Positions 24,554 to 35,078 of a DNA stretch of 64,000 bases are shown here, piece after piece. The position numbers and the translations under genes are program-made. This stretch comes from Selaginella moellendorffii (taxonomy: Eukaryota > Plantae > Lycopodiophyta). The notes under the pieces are model-generated. The model ran no database searches, had not been told where the DNA came from, and saw only the letters and a list, made by a program, of their open reading frames with translations. The stretch covers positions 563,771-627,770 of the forward strand of contig NW_003314314.1 in NCBI RefSeq assembly GCF_000143415.4, in the 5' to 3' direction. Position 1 is the stretch's first letter, and each line of letters starts with the position of its first letter.

Positions 24554-27500
24554 ATGGAAGTGATTGAGGTGGAGAACGCCTGGCCGGACGTGGACGGATT
24601 CCACACGCGCATTGTGATGGAGACGAGCGCTATCAAGCCGCCGCTCCCGCTCAGGCCGGCGCTGTGCGGGGATATGGATCCGGATCGATCGCTGCTCTCT
24701 CTCGGCGGCAGCGATTTTAGCGGTGGTAGCAGCTCGATCTCGCGGAAATCCGTGTCGGGAGCGTCTTCGGCGTCCAAGAAGCTCTGCGTCGAGGTGCCAT
24801 GGCGATATTTCGAGGTCATGTACAGCGTCAAGAAGAAAAACTCCAGGAAGCCAGGGCCGCGATCCGATGGCGTTCTTGCGGTCCAGGGATCGAGCTACAA
24901 TCTGCTCGACAATAACGGCAAGTCGATCAGCAAAAGAAAGATTTCGGGAAAAGAAATCAAAGAGAATTCTTCTCTCGAGGTCAGGAGTTCTTTCATTTGA
25001 TCCGATTAAGAAAATGTCATTATCCTGGCGCAGGTTTTCAACTTTGTGATCGAAGTATTGGACGAGATCCCCGAGGAAGAGTACCTGAGCGGGAAGATCT
25101 TCTCAACGAGCAGGCCTACCTTTCCTTCTTCCGAAGGATCGGACATTACTGTCGAGTCCGCTCGGAATCCTGGAAGGTAAATGATTCTAATCATCTTCGA
25201 TCGTGATTGAATTTATGTGGTCAGAGAAAGGCTGTCTAGGCCAATGCAGATTCTGGAGGTAAATTACGTAAATTTCCATCACAGCCAGTAACTAACGATG
25301 GTTGAGCGCAGAAAGACCAGCTTGTCCTCAACATGGCAGAAGTTGCAAATGGCGCTGCTCCAGTCGTTGTTGATCCAGTAAGTTGATATTTACTGTCGCT
25401 TGTATTTTCTAAGGTATTTTTTCTGTCAGTACATCGCTTCAAAACTTCGACCGCACCAGAGGGAGGGAGTGAAGTTTATGTACGAGTGCGTCATGGGACT
25501 GAGATCTCGCACATTTACTGGCTGTCTACTAGCTGACGAAATGGGTGAGATATCTCGAGTTTTATAGGTTAAATACTTAAGTCGCGAGTTTTTGGGCCAG
25601 GTCTCGGGAAAACTGTGCAAGTCATTGCACTGATTTGGACGCTGCTTCGTCAGGTAAATTGTTCTTTTCAGTTTTTGTGCTCGGCTTACATTTGGGTTCA
25701 TATGGCAAGGGTTCTGGAGGAGTTCCCGCTGTAAGGCGAGCAGCAGTTGTTTGCCCGTTGACGCTAACCCGAAATTGGGGAAAAGAGGTGATTAATAGCT
25801 AGAAACGAACAAGCTTAACTGGACAGCATTTCCAGGTGCGTAAGTGGCTGGGCTCGGAAAGGTTGAAAGCAATGGTCGTCGACTGCGCAAGAGAGGTACT
25901 TAATACCAGAGAAAACAACTAACTAGATGCTTTCATATTTTAGGCAGCAGAAAAGATAATCGACTTCAAAAACGACAGCTTCTGTCCTCTTTTAATCACG
26001 TCGTATGAAATACTAAGGAAGCACAAGGATATTGTTGCCTCGACGAATCTTGAGCTTCTTATCTGCGATGAAGCTCATCGACTGAAAAGCTGGTAATATC
26101 TATACACTTGTTTAATTCTTTACAGCGAGAACAACCAATGGCTCAGCAAGGGAAACAAAACGATTGCGTCACTGGCGTCGTTGAACTGCAACAAGAGGAT
26201 TTTACTCGTAAGATTTTGTAGCCTTCACGGCTTTCTAACGCCTGGCTCTGACTGGCAGACTGGAACACCCGCCCAGAACAACTTAAGCGAGTTTTATGCT
26301 TTGCTTGATTTTGCCAATCCAGAGCTATTGGGTTCCTACAACGAGTATAAGAATATCTACGCTTCTCCCATTGAGCAAAGTCGGGATCGCAACGCCAGGT
26401 ACGTTTTTGAAACTGTGAAGAGGGAATTAATGCTTGTTGTTTGACAGCCACGCTGAGAAAGAATTAGGCTCAGAGAGATCGGAAGAGCTAAAACAAATGA
26501 CAAGCTTTTGCATTCTTCGAAGGACATCTGAGATAAACAAGGAGCACCTTCCACCGAAATCAGAGTAACCGGTTATTTACAAAAGTTTCTACTGTTTTAG
26601 CTTTTTGTTTTGCAGGTACGCCGTGTTTTGCAAACTTCACGATGTTCAGATTAGTCTTTACGAGATATTTGTCAAGTCTCAGGTAAACACTGGCATAGTA
26701 CTATACTTCTCAGCTGGTCTGTGGCAATGCAGTTCGTACGAACCATGCTAAACTCAGATATTCAACGTGCGCACGTTCTTTCTGCAATTGGAGCGCTGCG
26801 TAAACTTTCAAGCCATCCGGGGCTGCTACAGAGTGATATGAAGCACGTTACGAGCGCGGAAATTAAGAATCAACCATTTTTTCATCGCGCCGAAGAATTG
26901 CTTGATCTTTCTGATGTCCAAGCATCCTTGAGGTACGACAATTACAGTTAGCCGTGGCCAAGTTGCTACTTGTGCAGAGATGTCGTGAGGCACAATTGGA
27001 GCCTATCTGGAAAGTTCGTGTGCTTACAACATCTTCTTTTAGCGACTATACAATGCAACGACAGAATTGTGGTCGCTTCCAACTTCACACAAACCTTGGA
27101 CTTGATAGAGGTTCGAAGGGCTTACGTTTTTCTGAGTGTTTCTTAATTTTTAAATCTTGCAGGCAATGTGCAATGAACACTCATGGAAGTTCGTTCGACT
27201 GGACGGTGGAACCATGATATCGGAAAGACAGCCACTCGTCGAACGGTTCAATCGAAGAATTGGAGAGGCGTCGATCTTCCTCCTGTCCTCCAAAGCTGGT
27301 GGAACTGGCCTGAACCTCATTGGGGCAAACAGGCAACAACTATCTGATGTCATCCATCTTCAAGGGAGCTCTGTATAATCTTGTTGTTTGCCTTTCAGGC
27401 TCGTTTTAGTCGATCCAGATTGGAATCCAGCAAATGACGCGCAGGTATGAAGACTGATAAGCTGTCCCATCTCACCTTCTCTGGTTCCAGGTGATGAGTC

Positions 27501-28080
27501 GAATATGGAGAGAAGGCCAGCCGAAACCAGTAAAAATATACAGGCTTCTGTCCACTGGCAGGTACGTCTATGACGTCGAAGTCTCGGCATTAATCGTTGA
27601 ATTTTCAGCATCGAGGAGAAGATATATCAACGGCAAATCATGAAAAAAGATCTGACGTCTTTCTTTGGTGATCAGTCCACATATCAACCTACCTGTAAAA
27701 GAACGAACGACCAGAAGTTTAGCCGGCAGGAACTCAGAGAGCTTTTGAAATTGCCTTCGGTACATTTTTCAGCATTGTTTTCGCAGCAACAAACGTCAAA
27801 CATTGTTATGCAGGAAACAAAATGCGAGACATATGATCTACTGTGCCGGCTCAACACGCAACTGGAGGACAAATGGAAAGACTCGTCAGGAATGCTGGAT
27901 GACCACGTCTTACAGAGCGCGGTCGAATCGGGAGTGACTACGTTCGTGTCAGCTGACTCGCCTCAAACGCAACAAAGCAGCGGAGTTCTCGAAAGGTACA
28001 TAACTTACAATAGACTTTTCTTAGCTTTTACTTGACTGGGGCATCGCAGAGACACAGGCTTGGATTGTGGAGCATGTTAA
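24554..28080 (+). CDS. RAD54B/Rdh54-like SNF2-family DNA translocase, many short introns
   Basis: Exonic motifs [26 protein letters not shown]|[97 protein letters not shown]-terminal YFEVMY...DGVLAV resembles RAD54B/Rdh54. Start and stop inferred. Confidence 0.9.
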
Positions 28081-29512
28081 TAGAAAAGCTCGATCGATGA
28101 AACTTCACTGCGCCTCCATTAACCAGCACCGCAAGAGAATGAAGATTTCACCTTATCAGGTTAGCTCGGAAAGGAAAGAGAGTTCCTCTCGATAACGTTG
28201 TTCTGGCAGGAAAAAGTTAGCTACCATCTCTCTTTAAAACGGGAACCAAAAGCGGCATTGTTCTCAACAAACCAACCGATTGGCGGTTCCATCATCTTGA
28301 CTTTCAGAGCTAGTTCTAAATAACGCGAAGCTTTCCCAGCAACGTCAGCGACAACAGCTAGGGGACCTGACAACCAAGCAAGGCAAATTTCCCCACCCTT
28401 GATATCGATCTTCCACCTTGGGGACTGGGCAACCACGACAGCGAGAGGTATGTAGATTTTATGCTTTCTCTCTTGCTCACGTTACGCTTGACTGGGACTT
28501 CCACATTCAGTAAAAGGTAGTGGAGCAAAATTGCGGGCGCTGCTGCTAGTGTTGGTACGTCAATGCTTTTTCACAAGTACTCGACCTTAGCTTGGGAAGC
28601 GGTAAGCAAATCTTTATATGATATTAGTTGCTAGTGTTGCCTCCATAATCTCTATTGATTGATGGCTTTGCTTGTCCACCAGGATTAATAAGTGCTTTGC
28701 TTTGGTGCTCTAGTCTCTCATTTCGAAGATCCTAAAACAAAAAAACGTTGGTGGAGTGGACGATGGATCGATGGGCGATAGATTTCTTCGATTAATCAAA
28801 CTTACGAGCGCACACGGAGAAAGAATTGCGCGAGAGCGACGTTTGCGTTGTAGGAAAGGTCAACATACGAATTGCAATCCCGAGTTGATTAAAATCGAAA
28901 TCAATGCAATCGATACCGGCACCCGATTCGACGGCCGCGATGCGCGCATGCGGCCATCGTAATAAACGGGCATCGGACGGCGGGACGGCCCCGACACGTG
29001 GCATGCATTCAGCCACGTGGATGATCGGACGGCCGCTGGCTGTTGGGCGCCGGAATGGCCAGGCGATTCGAGCGCGCACCATGACAAATGCAAAGAAGAC
29101 GGGGGGGGGGAGGAGCAGGATGGCGATGGCTATGGCGGAGATCGAGAGGCATCTCCCTTGTCGCCGCCTCCTCGTGTAGCTAGCTGCGCTCCAGTCGCGA
29201 TCGATTTGGCGGTGGCGAAAGGAAAGGGCTGGTGTGGATTTGCCCGAGCCGGAGCTAGGGTTTGAGGCGTTCGTCGCGGAGGTGAGTTCTTGGCGCTCTA
29301 GGCGCTGGGGGTACTGATCGAATTTCGGCAGGGGAAGCTCCTGGCTGATCGAATTACTCGAGTAGATACTAGATCGCAGCTGATATTTCGGAGAATCGCG
29401 GCTTATGGATGACAAGGAAAAAGGGTATCTGGGCGATGGTTGAAAGGATCATCATCTTCAGCTGCTGCCGCGGTGGCTAGGGATTCAACGGTCGATCGGG
29501 GGTGTGGCAGCC

Positions 29513-31310
29513 ATGTCCGGGAAGAAATCCTCGACGCTGACGCCGCTGTGGAGCGTGATCCAAGACATCAAAGGGATTGGAAGCATCTCTAGGAGGAGTT
29601 TTGAGGTGAAGCTGCCGACGTATAGTCGATCGAGGTCTCACAGCGCCGCGCAAGATGCCGCTGGCCGGCATCAATTTGGGGAGAGTGGCCAGCAGAGCCG
29701 CTGGGCCAACATGCCACCCGAGCTCCTCCGCGACGTGATCCAAAGGGTGGAAGCCAGCGACAAAATGTGGCCATCGCGGAAGAGCGTCGTCGCCTGCGCG
29801 GCCGTGTGTAGGAACTGGAGAAAAACGACCAAGGAGATCGTGCAAACTTTGGAGCAGTGTGGAAGATTGACGTTCCCAGTTTCGCTCAAACAAGTAAGTT
29901 CTTTCTGTCTTTTTCATTTGAGTCCTCGATCGTCCGGAAGTTCTTTCTCCTTCCTTCATTTGAGTCCTTGATCGTTCAGAACTTCTTTCTCTTTTTTCTT
30001 TTTTTAATTTGAGTCCTCGATCCTCCAAAAGTTCTTTCTCTTTCTTTTTTTTTTTCCCATTTGAGTCGTCGATCGTCCAGGAGTTCTTTCTCTTTCTTCT
30101 TTTTTTAAATTTGAGTCCTCGATCCTCCAGACTAGTACAAGAAGTCAGGAGATTAGATGCTTTGCTTGTCACGCCCTTTCAAGTTTTCTGGACCCTTCCC
30201 AAAGTTTTTGTTTTCTTCTCGAATTAATCTCTCTCTGTTCCTTTGTTTTCTTTTTGTTCGTTCTGAACTTTGTTTGTGCTTGCAGCCTGGGCCGCGAGAC
30301 GCTACCGTGCAATGCTACCTTAAACGCGACAGGACAACTTCGACGTATTATCTCTATCTGGGTATTACTCCGAGTAAGCCATCCAAAAGTCTCGGCCACT
30401 CTGTTTACGTTTCCTCTGAAACAGATGTGCTAGAAAACGGGAAGTTCCTGCTAGCGGCTCGAAAGTTTCGGCGAGCCAGTGGAACGGACTACATCATCTC
30501 CACTGATACGGACGACTTCTCTCGTGGGAGCAACACCTACGTTGGAAAGTTGCGGTACGTTTCTTCCTTAAAAACTAGACACTGAAAAGCAGCCTGCGAA
30601 TCCCCGCTTTTTGCAGATCGAACTTCATGGGCACGAAGTTCACTTTATACGACAGCAACCCTCCGCACGACGGTGCTGTGGCCTCCACAAACAGAGCAGG
30701 CCGGAGGATTCTATCCAAGCAAGTCTCTCCAAGAGTTCCAGCCGGGAGCTACAACATCGCCCACATCGCGTACGAGCTCAACGTACTGGGGACAAGGGGC
30801 CCCCGGCGCATGGAGTGCACCATTCACTCCATCCCGGCGTCGGCCATGGAGCCCGGGGGATGCGCGCCGACGCCGCTGGAGAGCGCGACTTCCATGGACG
30901 AGGCCTCCATGCTCCCGCCGCTGCTTCTCCCGGTGGGGGCCAAGTCCTCCAAGGTGGCGGCGCTGGATGGATTGGAGGGGCTGGAAGTGGCGAGCAAAGG
31001 CAAGCCGCTGGTGCTCAAGAACAAGCCGCCGCGATGGCACGACCAGCTCCAGTGCTGGTGTCTAAACTTCCGCGGGCGAGTGACGGTGGCATCGGTGAAG
31101 AACTTCCAGCTGGTGGCGGCCACGGAGATCGGGCAGCCGCCGCAGCCGAGCGATCCGGACAACGTCATACTCCAGTTTGGGAAGATCGGCAAGGACACAT
31201 TCACCATGGATTATAGGTACCCTCTCTCGGCATTCCAGGCATTTGCGATCAGCCTCAGCAGTTTTGATACTAAGGACAGCTTACACTGTACTTATGCCTT
31301 GATGTTCTGA
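29513..31310 (+). CDS. Tubby-like F-box protein (TLP), 4 exons
   Basis: [14 protein letters not shown]-box; LTFPVSLKQ|PGPRD; GKFLLAARK; GKLR|SNFMGTKF; [33 protein letters not shown]; [25 protein letters not shown]. Confidence 0.95.
29915..30131 (+). repeat. Intronic minisatellite: 5 units of TTTGAGTCCTCGATC(G/C)TCCRRRAGTTCTTTCTC separated by variable pyrimidine tracts
   Basis: Units start at about 29915, 29957, 30006, 30058 and 30108 within TLP intron 1 (29894-30285). Confidence 0.85.
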
Positions 31311-32360
31311 AGGAAATGGAATCCAAGATGGACGGAAGGAGATGAAAGGTGGCAAGGAGAAAAAAGGTGGTGGTACATTTGTTTGTGTGATTTCTCAAGA
31401 TTACTTGTACATAAGGTGGATTTCAAAGTCTCTCTGTTGTCATTGTTTAGTCTTTGCAACCAATGTTTACTAAAAGATTGTGTGAGGTCACCAAATAGCG
31501 CACATGGAAACACCACAATATATGATAAAAGCAGAAAAAGTTGGCGGGCTCGGCACCGAACGCACACTTTGATGACACGCCACCAACCTATTTTTTTTTT
31601 TTTTCTTGCGTTGTTTTAGTATATATGGTATGGCGATTGAGCTTTCATGTGCAAACGTGCCACGCGGCTTGGCTGTCATGTGTCCCGGGAGACTGAATCC
31701 AACCTTGTAATGAAAGAGAAACCAATCTTTGATTATAATAGTGAAAAAGTTTAGAATGAAGTTTGAAGAACGAATTTGCCTGGTAAGCGTCTAAAGTTAA
31801 AGATCGAATCACAATCTCAAGCGCTAGACCCGCTCTCTCTTTAAAGGGAAATCCAAATTTTTCCATTGACATCCATTTGATCCGATGCCTCCAGCTGGTC
31901 GCCAAAAGACCAACTATGGATTGGAAAAATAGGCGTCTAGTGCACGTCCACGACGTACATACATACATACAATGCATTGGGCAGTAGCATTTTGCACGTG
32001 ACTCCGCTTTTCGCGGGAACACGTTTTCGCCCGCCAATGCTCCGTCGCACAAACGGAAACACGTGTGGTAAAAGCGCCGTTTGCAAGACGGAGCTCTGTC
32101 AGAGAGACGCATTTGTGTCCCTTGTATATATGCCAGGGCCAAGTCCTCCCACTCGGGAAGAAGAAGAAAGAGGTTTTTTTTTTTTATGCTTTCCTTTGTG
32201 TGGAGCACGAAATCTCGGCGGAACTTTTCTTCTTCGTCGGCTTGTAATCAAGTAGACTTCTTCCTCCTCTGAAAGATCTCTAGCTCCATTCGTCGAATCT
32301 CTTGGTGGGTTTTGGGGGGATTGGAGCGGAAGGAATGCAGCGAAGTGGTCGTGCGCGGCG

Positions 32361-33374
32361 ATGGTGAGTGTTCGCCCCGGAAGGATAGAACAGCACAAGC
32401 AGGTCTCCCCGGACAGGATGATGTTTAAAGTTCCAGCGAATTCGCCGCCGCCGCCGCCAAGTTCTTCCTCGCAAGCTCCAGCGGACATGGCAGGCAAGAG
32501 GAAGTGGCAGGAGGCTTTCAAAGGGGAGTCGTGTCCATCGTAAGTTGCTTCTGCTCTTGGATCTCTCTAGAATCTTGGGAAGAAGCTCAAACTTTTGGGG
32601 CTTTTGATCGCAGTGTGCCCGCACCGCCGCACAGATCGCCGCAGCTCACCATCTTCTACGCTGGCGCGGTGAACGTCTACGACAATGTCCCGGAAAACAT
32701 GGTAAGCTTGAGAGCAAAATGCGGTTTTTCTTCGTAAAAGGACGATCTTTGAGTGGAAAAAGATGGTCTTTTCGTCCGAAATGCCTAGATCCTGACAGCG
32801 CTCTCGTGTCTCCAGGTGAAAGCGCTCATGACACTCGCGGCAGCCAAGAGCTCCAGGCCCGCGGCGCTGATGAACCAGATCGAGCTCCAGCGGAGTTGTA
32901 GCAGCAACAAGACGGGATTTGGATTCCAGGCAAACCAATCCAGCTGTAATGGTGGCGGCAGCGCCCGCGCGGGCGTGAAATCGAGCAGCAACGTCGCCAG
33001 TAGCAGCACCTCGGGCTCCTTCTCGTTCCCGGTTCTAGAGACCACGAGCACGTCGCTCAGCTTGAATAGCTCGTACAAGGCCGCGAACGAGGAGAGATCT
33101 AGCGTGCCAGCTCCAGCTCCAGCGGCAGCGGCAGCTCCAGCGCCGGAACAATCCTCCGGAACAGCGGTGCAAGCATCATCTTCGCCACCTTCTCCGGCGG
33201 CTTCTCCGGATCTGCGAGGCATGAGTTCGAGAGCTCGGATGCAAATGCTCCCAGCTGGTAAGATCATAGTCTAGTTCTTGTTTGATTGTCAAGTTGACGC
33301 CTTTCCTCCTTCCAGGACTTCCGCAGGCCAGGAGAGCATCGATCCAGCGCTTCCTCCAGAAACGAAAGCAGAAG
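32361..33374 (+). CDS. JAZ: JAZ (TIFY/ZIM + Jas) jasmonate repressor; last small exon not resolved
   Basis: PQLTIFYAGAVNVYDNVPENM|VKALMTLAA (ZIM domain) and |GLPQARRASIQRFLQKRKQK (Jas domain) followed by a GTGAGT donor. CACGTG/CACGTT boxes upstream at about 31995-32066. Confidence 0.9.
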
Positions 33375-34041
33375 TGAGTGAGTTTTCTCATTCCCTCTCT
33401 CGCGTTTCTCCCGTGTACAGCGATGAGAGAGAGAGAGCGTTCTCCCGTTTGCTCGTCGGTCATTTTTCTTCATGTGTGTGAAACCGGAACGATTTTGTAC
33501 AGATAGGATCAGTCCTTGGTGCTCCAGTGTCCAGTCACTGACGAGCGATCCACACGTTTTTCAACACCACCTCCGAATTTTTCCCTTAGAAAAAACAGAC
33601 TTTTCCCCGAGAAAAAACCATTTTTTTAATTTTTTTTTTGGGTGTAGACCAATCTTGTCTAGCCGCAACTTTGTGCAATCTGGCCCCCCCAGTCATGTGT
33701 ATTCACGTGAATTATTTCGATCCAATGCTTCAAACTTTGCAACATGTTCATCCTCCCAGCTTTATTGTGTTTGGAGTTTTTCTGTGATGCTGATGTAGGG
33801 GCACTGTTATTGTGAATAGGCAGGTGAACAACAACGGCGAAGACGACGACGAAGACGCGGCAACGGCGGAGATGAAGCCCACATCGCCACCGCCCGTGGG
33901 GCCACCCACGTCCGCATCCACGGCCCACATTGCCGCACAAGTTCCACATTTCCTAAAGAAAAGATAGTACGTTTACGCTAGTGCCACGTCGCTATTAACC
34001 CTAATTTCTAAGTCCTGTCCACCTGTAAGAAAAAAGTGGTG

Positions 34042-34047
34042 ACACAC

Positions 34048-34081
<34 letters not shown>
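34042..34081. repeat. (CA)n microsatellite followed by telo-box-like TAGGGTTT, immediately upstream of the FAX ATG
   Basis: Directly visible. Confidence 0.9.
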
Positions 34082-34083
<2 letters not shown>

Positions 34084-34120
34084 GTTCTAGGGCTTAGCTA
34101 GGGTTTTCTCGGCGCGAGCG

Positions 34121-34993
34121 ATGGCGGCGTGCGCTCCTACTACGGTCGGGCAGCTATCTTCCAGGCTCGTGTCGCGCGCTCCAGCGCAATTCCCCGGCTA
34201 CATTCTTCTCAGGCCAGTGGTTTTCAGATCGCGAGTCGCGAGAGCGGCAGCGGTGCGCGCGGCGATCGAGCATTTCGACGATGCCGGGGTTGGATTGCAG
34301 GGATCGGTGTGCTTTGCTGCTCCGGAGGGCCTGGAGAGCCCACAGGAGGATCTCTCGTCGTGCCCGGCGAGAGGGAGCGTGGGTGTCGTCGAGGCGATGA
34401 CCGGCAAGACGATCGACCTCAACTCCGGGGAGGTCATCGATGCGGGGATTGGCGGCGACGGGGATATTGGGCAGCGCGGCGGCGGCGATGGCAGGGGAGG
34501 TGGCGGCGGAGGGGATGATTCCAGCGATGGAATGGCGAAGAAGCAATCGGGGGCTCTCTCGATGTCACAGAAGCTGACATTGGTCTACGCAGCTCTCGTG
34601 GGAGGTAAAGATTTTCTTTTCTGCCATCTCGTCGCTGGAATCGATCGATCAATCGTGGTTTCTCTCTTGCAGTTGGAGGATTGATAGGATTTCTCAAGAC
34701 CGGCAGCGCGAAATCCCTCTTCTCCGGAGGGATCTCTGCGCTGACACTCCTCACTGTCTACTCACAGCTCCCTCTCAACCCGGTTGGCGCTTCTTCTCTC
34801 GGTGTTGGTAAGCTCCACATCTAAGTTTTCCATGTTCTTTCGATTCTTCGCAGGTATATCGCTGCTGCTCCTGTTCGCCATGGGCTCGAGATTCAGAAAC
34901 TCGGGGAAGTTCTTCCCCGCGGGATTGGTATCGATCGTCTCGTTGATAATGTCCGGCGGATATGTTCATGGAATTCTACGTTCCAAGCACTGA
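34121..34993 (+). CDS. Plastid fatty acid export (FAX / Tmemb_14) protein, 3 exons
   Basis: Transit-peptide-like N-terminus, Gly-rich linker, LSMSQKLTLVYAALVG|VGGLIGFLKTGSAKSLFSGG...|...KFFPAGLVSIVSLIMSGGYVHGILRSKH. Confidence 0.9.
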
Positions 34994-35078
34994 AGATGAA
35001 AAAGAGCTCTCCCCTGTTTCTAGGGTTAGGCTTTCCCCTGTTTTAGGGTTAGGGTTTTGCGATCTGTTTTTAGGGCTC

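Noticed and set aside
29915-30131. CRISPR-like repeat-spacer look
   Set aside because: Eukaryotic intron, spacers are low-complexity pyrimidine runs, and there are no cas genes.
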